A DNA stretch of 61,968 bases, filler included, from Rhabdomonas costata (Eukaryota): the NCBI GenBank assembly GCA_019059605.1. It is 23 parts of 23 records of this genome, joined end to end, with 100 filler letters (N's around TTAATTAATTAA, not from the genome) between each part and the next. Parts side by side here need not be neighbours in the genome. Positions count along the whole stretch, not along the records: positions 24,275 to 26,870 come from JAHMHO010002699.1; positions 26,971 to 29,566 come from JAHMHO010002700.1; positions 29,667 to 32,260 come from JAHMHO010002701.1; positions 32,361 to 34,954 come from JAHMHO010002702.1; positions 35,055 to 37,647 come from JAHMHO010002703.1; 18 more parts are not named here. One strand, written 5' to 3'. Of this stretch, positions 25,110-35,151 are shown piece by piece (within the stretch, counting starts at the first letter, position 1; the number at the start of each line of letters is the position of its first letter). A program made the position numbers and the translations under genes. The notes under the pieces are model-generated. The model saw nothing but the letters and a program-made list of their open reading frames with translations, did not search any database and was not told where the DNA came from.

Positions 25110-26970
25110 GATGTTTGGAGTCGGTGTACGTGCGTAAGTCTGAGAGACTAAATGGACCCTGGAGGAGGGAGGGAGGTAACGTTTACCAGTGGGGGCAGAA
25201 AACGGAAAGGCTCTCAACATGTACCAAACCCACAGCTGACCCCCCCCCCCTGTCAAATGACAATATCGAGTCACATGGCATGCCTCTTCCTTTTTCCAGC
25301 CACAAACTTTGCGCAGAAGTGGGGAGGACGATAAAACATCAACCAACACTATTTTAGTTGGGGCGTCCATTGCATCGAAAAGGAAGCTGTTGGGGGAGGA
25401 GAGCACTTGCAAAGACCTAGCGCTTGCGAAGACAAAATGAGGGATACCCGGAAAATAGGAAAAGATCACACGTTGATGTGGCCCGCGTTACCTCAATAGT
25501 AAGAGGTGACAGTAGAAGTTCAAAAAATCAGTTTGAAAAAACAAGCACAACCGATGTGCACGGGAACCCAGTTTTTTCACCTCCCGTGTTAGCGTCTAAG
25601 TCCGAAAACGCCTGATTTAGTGCACACTTTTGTAAGTTGTGACTTTGTGAGGTGGCGGACAATATCACCCTTAGGGTACTTTTTGACATGGTTTTCGAGG
25701 TTTTGGGGGCACCAGCACCCCTGCTGGCTGAAACCAATACATTGAAATAATTGATTGATTAATTCTTATCGGAAGGCCATGCCGTGCCGCAGGTCTGAGC
25801 GCGCGGCTGAGGTGAAGATGTGACCTGACTTACTATGTGTAAATTTCTCAGACACTCAGACCAAAGTGATTTCACAAAAAAGATTGTGGGCGACCAATAA
25901 GCCACAACGAAGAGGTACAAGTGAGCGTCAGTTTGACAGGTGGCAAGTGCTTTCCCCACAAGACGGCGAGGTCGGGCTCGGAGCAAGGGTGAACGAGCGC
26001 AATGTTGTGGCCGCGTCCAGAGGGGACTCAAAAGATCGGCACCCTTTCGCAACTTTCTTCATAAAATTTTTGAATGCGCCTGTGACTTTGCTTTTGCAAC
26101 AGTTCATACATATTCGTCACTGGAAACGGTTACTCTCCTCCCCGCCCCACCGTCCTGAGTACCGTCAGAGAGACGCTGTATATAGCCCGCCCGCCGCTGC
26201 GGTTGCCTTAAACAGCGATCCAGTGCGGGTTCCCTTGAGAAAAATACGGAGACGACCCCTCTTCCCCGTCCCGTTGCAAGCCCCATGGCATATATCCTTT
26301 TGTAGGCTGCGTTGTGGCGGTTTTTTTTTGTAGTATGCCCCAGTGGACGCTGCTGATGGCTGTGTAGCTGCGCTGGTTTAGGGAGGCACGAGCCATCGCT
26401 GGTGGAAAAACTCTGCTGTGGCATCTGGAAACGAGTGTTGTCCGCCCAGTGGCGGTGGGCAGTGGCTCAGCTCTGGACACGGCGTGTATCCTTTTTTAGC
26501 GCCTTTTTTTTCTTCACAGAAAGCACTTGGAGAAGTGGAAGCGAAGATGCATCGCTGGATAATTTTGGATAACTGCAAAACGTGCGAACGATGTGCCCAA
26601 ATTTGGGATTATTTTTTTTTTTAGAAGTTTCGGGAGATTTGGGAAGAAGATTGCATGAGATTTTATCTGTCGTTATGGTTCTTATTCTTTTCGTAATATT
26701 CAAGTTTCTGTGAGCAAAAGATGTGGTAATTGTTAGAAAGCGGTTTTGACGAACAGTGAGACCGAAAATCGAGGTGTTTGTCTACATACCTGGTTATTTG
26801 CTTTGCTTTAATTTCATTTTACAAACTGGTCTCTTTTTCCATAACTTCATAACTTGCTGTTAACGGCCGCNNNNNNNNNNNNNNNNNNNNNNNNNNNNNN
26901 NNNNNNNNNNNNNNTTAATTAATTAANNNNNNNNNNNNNNNNNNNNNNNNNNNNNNNNNNNNNNNNNNNN

Positions 26971-27874
26971 GTGGTGTTGGAGATGGTGGAAAGCGCGGAC
27001 TGGCCCTGCTCCGTCTTCCAGTACACAGGGCGGCCCGCGGGGGCCTGCATGGCCTGCAGGGTGCGCTGGCGTTCGGCCAGGGGGCTGGGGCGAGAGGCGG
27101 GCTTGGGCTTCGGCTTAGGCTTGGGCTGACCCTCGGGCTTGCACTCGGGCTGAGGCGCAGTCGCAGAAGGCTCCTATAGAACGAAAACAACGCCAGAATC
27201 GGCGGTGGCCGTTTTCCGTAACAAGATCAACGTTGGCAATGGGACGGCCCTGCCTACCTCAAGTTCGGCGAAGGGGGAAGGGGTGGCCTTCCAACTTTAA
27301 GAATGCCAATCGTAAATTAGCAAAGCAAATCCGCCGCCATCGCCGAACCCAAAGGGCATCTGATCAGATCACAATTCAATTCGATACAAAAAGTACGTAC
27401 ACATCTCGGAACACTAGGAACGCATACAATCGTAAGGTTGTAGTCACAGGGTCAACCAAAATAAGACAAACACTACGCACCCTTCAGGTTAAGCGGATTG
27501 TAGACCACAGGTACCTGTGAGGGCACCACCAGCAGAGGCTTTTTCAGCTTTTTCTTGGTAAGAACACCAAAACCTCTTTTCCCTTGTGCTTCCCTCCAGC
27601 TCCCGCGGTTGAGCCCTGGGGACAGCTGGTGGTGGGAGCCCTTGAAATGATAAATGAGAAACGACAAACGCACACAGATACACACACCGCTGTGGGCTTG
27701 TCCTTCATCTCCGCCCTGGCCTGAGGTTGTTGGGGGGTGACTGGCCGCGCCACGACTACGCCTCGCGCAAGGAGCTCCTCCTGCACCCTCTGCGCCTCGG
27801 CACGCTCGGCATCGTCGCGGGGGTCCTGCACGGTCATCACCGCGCTGTAGCCCGCCTTGCGGCCCGCAAAGGCC
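26971..27874 (-). CDS. Hypothetical Pro/Gln-rich protein, internal exons
   Basis: GC3-rich exon-like segments with AG/GT borders: ~27874..27689 (AFAGRKAGYSAVMTVQDPRDDAERAEAQR) and ~27174..26971 (EPSATAPQPECKPEGQPKPKPKP...VYWKTEQGQ). Confidence 0.45.
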
Positions 27875-28477
27875 CTAAACATGGATGCAAATATGCACAC
27901 ACTGTATACATGGAGGGGGCGCATCAGTACAAAAAAGTTTTGGCCTCATCAGGGGTTCGTAACAACAACAACTCTGCTCCCCCAAATAGTTATGAGCACC
28001 GAATTTTAGGACGTCTCGAATTTCGGAATGACGATGAATAGGTTCCGCAGAGTCGAGCCCACGCGGTTTGCGGTTCCCCACAGACGAAGAAGAGGCAGGC
28101 AAAACGGAAAGTGAGAGGCTTAGAGAGGAAAGGGAGCAACCAACAGTTCTCACGGACTGTAATGAATGCCAATTCCTTTGCACGCGAGCATGCGTCAAAC
28201 CTTTCTTTCCCTCGGAAACGTCCGTATCCTTCCCGCCACACACCTTAGAGTGCCAAAACATCACTCCTCATTCTTGCCCCCAGGGGCAGGAGGCGTGACC
28301 TGATTTCCGGTTCGCAATTGTGGGATTGTGGGTTCGCAATTGTGGGATGGCCACTTTATAAATGATCGCTGAAAATAGAGTGACGCAACATGGTGTGAAT
28401 TCTGTTCAGTGCAGCAGGGTCGGAAAAAAGCAAAAAAAAAAAACAGCCGTTCACATTCACTTTCATCCCAGAATACA

Positions 28478-28752
28478 CCTTCAGAAATATTCCCGCACAT
28501 CGTCCCGTCGTTGCCGCGGATCGCATCCACGGCGTGTTCCACAGCGTCTGCGTTGGATCGGCTGAGCAGATCGTGTGGGTCATACACCAAGGACGTCCTC
28601 CCCTCAGGCCGCCCATAGAACACTGAGACTTCCGTGAGGTTGGGGATGTCCTCAGCACTCCACTGGCGGGCATTGGTGGAGAAAAGGCTGAGGTTGAGAA
28701 TAATAACGATGAGAACAGTGGCGGCGCCTCGGAAGGTGAAAAAGGGCTCCAT
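28478..28752 (-). CDS. Secreted TPM-domain (MOLO-1-like) protein, first exon
   Basis: Signal peptide MEPFFTFRGAATVLIVIILNLSLFSTNA followed by WSAEDIPN...VYDPHDLLS...DAVEHAVDAI...C, matching the W..PNP/VCDPDxxLS pattern of MOLO-1/TPM domains. Donor GTGTAT. Confidence 0.6.
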
Positions 28753-30320
28753 CTTCGGATCACGAAAAATGCACACAAGCTGAGAAAGTGGAGAAACCGA
28801 AAAGCGGAACCGGCCGAAAGGGTTCAGTGAAGGGTACCAGTGAAGGGTGCATCAAGGTCTATGGAAACCTGCCGTTTCACAAAGCTGACTCCAGAATCGC
28901 CACCTCTAGAGGAACCAGGCGATCAGCCTTCTCTGGGTCAGGCTACGATTGATCGATAGAAATCGAATGTGCGTTTTGGCATATCTGTTCGGCATATTCT
29001 TTGGATCGATCCACTACGATCCACTGCGAGAAGTGCGGAGGTGGGCGCCCGCAAGCGCCCCAAGTGGCACGGGGTGGAAAGGTCAGCTCCATGAGGACCA
29101 CTTCTAGATGGAGCACACAGTCCTCCCGAGCTCCAACAGAGAACAAACCATACGTCGACATAAGCATCGAAAGCATACCTAACCCTATCAGGAGTGGGGA
29201 GAAGGTGTTGTATCGCCATGCATTGCAAAGCAACCATTGTTGGCTGGTACCCCGGTGCCCCGACAGTGCTTCCCTAGACATAGCGTTGCAGGACATCGAA
29301 AAACGGATCCGTCAACCTTTACTTAAGCAAGTCCCATGAAGCTTTGAAAAACGGTGGAAAAACGATGGGCAGGTCATGCCGCGCAGTTGTTCTTGCAGCA
29401 CCGTTGATAGGAAGTCCGCAGGGACCGAAACAAACAAACGCGGAAGCGCGGGGGCCTCGCAAAGGGAAGACGACCGCAGAGGTGTGAAGGACGGTGGCAC
29501 GTCCCCACCCCATTTCAGGTGGCGCTGGATCCGAAAGAAGAACAATGTGAAGAAAGCCACCAAAAANNNNNNNNNNNNNNNNNNNNNNNNNNNNNNNNNN
29601 NNNNNNNNNNTTAATTAATTAANNNNNNNNNNNNNNNNNNNNNNNNNNNNNNNNNNNNNNNNNNNNGGTTGGTTTTCCTCGGCGCTCTTGTTCTTTGAGG
29701 AATTCGCGTCTCTGGATGAGTCGTTTTCAACCTTCTGAATTGTGATTATTGTATTCTTTCGGGATCTGTAGTACAAATGGTGCCTAAGTGTCAGCATAGC
29801 ATATGTAATCCACATGATCTATTTTTGTCTTCTGAAAAGCATCATAAAAATTTGCGGAGGTTTCTTATTTGGATGGCATCGCCTAAAAATTTGTCTTGTT
29901 TCAGCCTGTCGTCCACATTAAGGGGATACCGCATGTGCGGCTTGCTGGGGTTAGATAACACTGAAGGTGTCAGAATTCCAGATCTCAGTGCAAACTGCTG
30001 ATTGGGTGACACACGCGAGCTGCCCTTGCTTGCAATGTATTTGCGTGCCTAATCGTGTGTGCCGTTGTGTGTGCAGCAATGCGCCTACACTGCCTGCTTC
30101 CATGGGTCTCGGGGAGAGATGGCTATGACGGGACGGGGTGAAGGAAGCTGAGGGGGAGGAAGGGTTGGCGTGTGGTTAGGGGAGAGCATTTTGCCCATTT
30201 TGGTTTTTCTTCAACTTTCTCGACTTTTCCCACTTTTTCAAAGTGATATAACGGGGCCTTTCTCTCCCCTTAATGTCTCCATGTACTTTACTTCAGTGAA
30301 GAGAAAGTGTTCTTGACCAG

Positions 30321-31437
30321 CTTTGAACACACACTGAAGCGTGAATTCTGCCTGTCTCGCGGCATCGACTTTGAGAAGTTCCTGGTCAACCCCGAGCTTC
30401 GGAAGGGCTATCGGGTGCGTATTGCTCTTTAACAAACCCAACATTTCGTTTGCACATGTCAACAGCAAAAAGTGTTTTGCGTTAGCTTTGCTGAAATCAC
30501 CAGAGAAGCAACGACAATCGCGTTAAAATCCAGGCAATGCCTTGCATTTGCAAAGAAAAATGCCCCCCCCCCAAGCGATTGCTATGGTCTTTTCACCCGC
30601 TTCTATGCGCTTTCAGGACCGCCTGTTCGCGTACTTTGTGACGAGGCGGCCCTCCCTGGAGTCCATCTGCAAAGCCACGATTGCCGAAGCGCAGCAACGC
30701 CAGAGCTCTGTGGTTGTCATCACGGATTTCAGGTGCCTTTGCCGTGCCTCTGAGGGCGTGAGTGCTTCTGTTTCTGGAGTTGGGCGAGTCACCCGCCATC
30801 GGCGTAAAGTCTGTCCGTATTTGCTGTGCATGTGATGCTTTCAACAACATTTCGTTTCATATCGGCGTGTTGGGAACAAAAAACCAAGCAACTTTTCCCG
30901 CGTGTCCTATCTATGAGAATGATAGAGCGGTGCATTTCTGCAGACCTGCACTCTTTGCACTCATACAATGGAATTTTGGGTCAGGCACTGGGCTGAGGTA
31001 CCCGCGGTGCAGGCCATTGCCCCCAAGGTGCTGCGTGTCCGCGTGGACTCCGCAGAAGCGGTGCGGGGGTCTCGGGGGTGGGTACCCGACCCCAAGATTG
31101 ATACTCACACCACTGGTATGCGTCGAGCTGCTGGTGCTGTCAGTCAGTCGCCCGCGCCTGAACGTTTGGATGCGGCGTTTTTTTTCTGGCGTCAATTCGT
31201 GTCTTCGCGGTCGTACTTTGGGTTCATACGTCGTTAAATAGCTCAACGAGTTTGGTTGTTAAGTTAATCGAACACACTCGCTCATGTTGCTGGTGCGCTA
31301 GCAAGCTTTAAGGTTACCTAATGTTAAGGATACCATACTTTACCAGGCAGCTTGTTGTCATTTGTTGTGCTGTCAGAAACGGCGCTGGACGATTGGAAGG
31401 AGTGGGATGCGGTGTTCAGCGAGCAGGAGAACAAGCG
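30321..31437 (+). CDS. PMVK: Animal-type (nucleoside-monophosphate-kinase fold) phosphomevalonate kinase, partial
   Basis: Exons 30321..30414 (LKREFCLSRGIDFEKFL), 30617..30732 (VVVITDFR), 30985..31115 (VLRVRVDSAEAVRGSRGWVPDPKID) and 31377..31437 (ETALDDWKEWD) join in phase. They are collinear with the PMVK motifs LKEQYA..GLNF, VSDTRR, RQQRGW..GVDD and ECGLD..FDW. Confidence 0.8.
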
Positions 31438-32739
31438 GTATTCTCTTTTCTCAAGATAATGTATGAACCCAGGTGGGCTTCACCCTTCTTCTAGCGGAAA
31501 ACGTTTTCAGCACTCTCCTTCTCTCCTTGCAATTGCAAACCCAGTGTATCGCGCTTATGCTTCGTTCTTTTTTTTTGGCGAGGGAGGAGGGAGGAGACAA
31601 CATAATATCTTTGGCCAAGGATAGAATCCAGGCTTTTTATCCGCCAAATATAGCACCTGGAATTTGGGCCGCGGAGCGCAGTGAAGCAAACATGGAAATA
31701 TTTCCCGAATATCGTGCGTCGACACCCTAACCCCCTGCGCGACTTGCACGAAATTCGCTCCAATCTTTCCTCAAGAGGCAAGAGGCATACCACGCCTCCC
31801 TCCACTGGTGACTCGAGACATGTTTCGCTTGAGGGCACCTTCAAGCCAAAAAAAATCATTACCGGTTTGGTCTGTCTCGGCAGCTACGTCAGCTTTTGCC
31901 CTGTGTCACCATTTAATCGGAGTTCCGGCTCCCAATGACAACTACAGGACTTTCCATTGTGGCTGTTCCATGCATGACCCTTTGCATTTTTCTCATTTAG
32001 CTTCACCACCACCTGACTTCCCCATACAAAAGGTATCGCGTGCTGCAGTTCTTGCGGGATAAGTTCTTCCCGCTGGTTCTGTTGACTCTCACGAACCAAA
32101 CCGAAAAGTGGTAGCCCCAGCTGTGGGGGGAGAGGGAGCAGGTCTAACTGTTCTGAGCTGGCCCTCGGGTTCCCTGGGACCTCTTGTTCTTAGCATCGCC
32201 CAAGTCATCCATTGGGCTCCACTGCGTTGCGGTACAGCTGGCGTGCTTTCGCACGCTACANNNNNNNNNNNNNNNNNNNNNNNNNNNNNNNNNNNNNNNN
32301 NNNNTTAATTAATTAANNNNNNNNNNNNNNNNNNNNNNNNNNNNNNNNNNNNNNNNNNNNTGGGATGGGGGTGGACTGTGACATTGAGAGGTTCCGGGAG
32401 TGCCATTGCGACTTATGCGGCATATGAGGGATCATTCGTAATCGCAGTGGACACAGCCACTGTGGTGTGGGAGCAGGAGAACAAAAGAAGGAAGTGTGGT
32501 GGTGGTGGAAGGTGGCGGCTGAAGGTGTGCAGGGGGGGGGGTATGGACGGGCGAAATTTACAACTCCCACTGCAGGGGATTTCTTCCAGCAACAATAAGT
32601 TCGACTACAGCGGCCTTCAGGCACACTGCCACGGCAGTTCAGTAGTTGTCTCTCTCTGCCCAGGGACACACACACACAATCCACACTTGCTCAATAATAG
32701 AAAAGACCCACCTGCTCTTGCCCCGCTGAAATCCTACGC

Positions 32740-33897
32740 TCAAAGGGGTGCGGAGGCGTGCCCGCGGCCCCCTTCTCTCTTCACCGCCGAAAACACAATC
32801 CGGCCCATCCCTGACCCCAGTTGAGGCCCACTCCACGCCTGCGCCCCAGGCTCCCCAGCATCCTGCGCTCCCAGAGCGATGAACTCCGCCGAGACCTCAC
32901 CAAACCCTCCGCGTCGGAACAGCTCCCCCAGGGACTCCACGCTGTGCAGGAACCGCGGTGCATCCCCGCTTGGGGTCCGCGCCCACTCCCGCGGGGCCGT
33001 AGCCCCCAGGGTCCAACCAAAAGCCCTTCCCCCCGGCCCCAGCAGGCGGCACAGCCGCCCCACCATGTGCTCGGCCTGTTCCCTGGACAGCACGTGCAGG
33101 ACAGCGAAGGCCGAAGCAAAGGCAAAGCGTCCTTCCAGCCCCAAACCGGGAAGGTCCAGCGCACCCGTGGAAGCATCTGAGGTTGCGGCGAGATCCCCAA
33201 AGACAGCCTGCACATCGTCCACAAGGGACTCGAGGCTCTGGGAGCCTGGGCCTGGGAGTACAGAGAAGAGCTGCCGGCCTAGAAGCCAGTACCCGTCGTG
33301 CAGGTCGGTCGCCGTGAGGCGCTCTGGAGAGACGCCCATTGATAGCAGATACCTGATCCACCCACAAAGAAGACATCAAACAAGATGTGTGCGCGCGTCG
33401 ATACACGTTGGCTGAGGAGGGCTTTGCGACCACAAGGACGCATTCCATACAAAAAACGTCGTTAACTCACTGACACAGGTGCAGAAGAACTAATAAGCAC
33501 TGGGCACCTAGGGCTTGCGGCGACCGCCAAGCGCTGATGCATCTCCATTGTGAAAGTTGGAAGTGTGGTTTCCGAGTGGAATTCCGCACCTCACATCCGT
33601 CCCAAAGCAGCAGCCCACGTCAATCAGCCTGCTTTCCCTCGAGGGGTCCTTCAGCGCCGCCACGACCACCTTAATGGCAGGGTGTCTTGCCGCCCGAGGC
33701 CGAAGGAAGTGGAAGTCCCGGATGCACTTGTACACATGCTGCTCCGCAAGGGCGCGCTGCCACACCGCCGTGACGTGCCGCCGCAGCTCCGGAAGCTTGG
33801 CCTGACCACTCCATCGTGCCAGGAACCCAAGCTCTTCGTCGGGAATCTCCGGAGGCTGCTCGCCTGTGGGCGAGGAGCAGGGCATGGGACAAGCCAT
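32740..33897 (-). CDS. Class I SAM-dependent methyltransferase (fungal ausD/trt5-like family), complete two-exon gene
   Basis: Exon 33897..33590 (LRRHV...YKCIRDFHFL...LIDVGCCFGTDVR) and exon 33352..32740 (TATDLHDGYWLLGRQLF...VLHVLS...RFLHSVESL). GT-AG intron, phase 2. Confidence 0.88.
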
Positions 33898-34271
33898 TGG
33901 GCTTAATAGTACAACTACAGAGAAAGAAGGTCTGGGAGATGCAACCACAAAGAGAGCTGGAAGAGGCTTTTCACCGAAGCAGCTTCGGAGGGCACAGCTT
34001 TTGAGGGTTTTCAATCAACGTCCGTGACAACCTCGGTTCGGTTTCTGTTGTGATCAAAATTCACAAGGGAAACCTGCTTACAGCTTTCACTGCACATCAG
34101 TAGCGGGAAGCATCTTCCCCTTCATAACCGCCAAAACCCCAAGCCACGGCTAGCACCAGAGGTCACTGCCATCAGTGAAAACCGCCCGCATTTGCATTTT
34201 TGCCTCTTTCTCAGCCTGCCCTTGTCGTAAATGTCAAAGTCAAGGGAACAAGCAAATTTATGTTGACACAC

Positions 34272-34655
34272 TTGTGTATCATCCACGAGGTTTTTGTGGA
34301 ATGAAGTGACCACGTCGTCCAGGAATTTATCAACGAGGTGAACCAGGCTGATGGACTTATCCCATGTTCCAACAACTTCTGCCACCTCGGAAAAGTCAAT
34401 TAATGTCTCAAATCTGCGAATAGTTATCAGCTTCCGCTCAGAGACCAACAAAATCAGCTTGTGGGTAAGCGAAGGCATTGTAGGCTCCACATTTGAGTCC
34501 GTTATCGCTTCAGACCGGGTGTGGCGCAAAATCAGCATTGTCCACAACCCGATTTTCTCCACCTTTGGAAGATGATTCGGTGCAAGGCAGTCCTTGACCA
34601 TGGCCTCGTGAAGGTCATTTTCGTTCGCCAATGTCGTCAGATGAGCTTCAAAGTC
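34272..34655 (-). CDS. corA: CorA-family Mg2+ transporter cytoplasmic domain, internal exon
   Basis: Exon between tag| and |gtgtgt encodes LHEAMVKDCLAPNHLPKVEK...LILR...LTHKLILLVSERKLITIRR, matching the CorA N-terminal LHxxxxxDxLxxxxxPKxE and LITI motifs. The end of an upstream exon (GAG|gtgtgc) lies near 34919. Confidence 0.75.
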
Positions 34656-35151
34656 CTACCAGCACATACAATCGGGCAATGAGGCGGTTAAAACATGTCA
34701 CAGAGCAAAAACTTGAAAGAAGGAAAAATGCGCTTCCCTTGCCTCCTTGCCTTTATTTTGCACCAGAAATGTGGCAGTGACAGGCAGGGAGCAAGAAAGT
34801 GAACCCACTCAGCATGGCGGAAAAGGGCAAAGGTGCGGTAGCATTGGAACAAAATAGTGACAGCAAGAGCCAGCGAGTCATATAAATTCTCCTCCACTGT
34901 GGCGTACGTAAAGCACACCTCAGCCTTCCACTCGGAGTTTAAGACACACCACCCNNNNNNNNNNNNNNNNNNNNNNNNNNNNNNNNNNNNNNNNNNNNTT
35001 AATTAATTAANNNNNNNNNNNNNNNNNNNNNNNNNNNNNNNNNNNNNNNNNNNNGCGCCTGAAGCCACCAAAGTGCAGCTCCACAGAATCTCTCGCCCAT
35101 GAAGCGAGACTATACCCTGAGAGAACGTCACCGTGTTGATGGCAACCACAC

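Noticed and set aside
24543..25469. 308-aa minus-strand ORF
   Set aside because: Antisense to the GC3-rich sulfurtransferase exon plus flanking noncoding sequence.
28940..29339. Possible zinc finger (C..HIC...CEKC) ORF
   Set aside because: Irregular Cys spacing, an upstream stop and no clear acceptor; insufficient support.
30238..30468. Minus-strand ORF with protein-like composition
   Set aside because: Antisense of PMVK exon 30321..30414.
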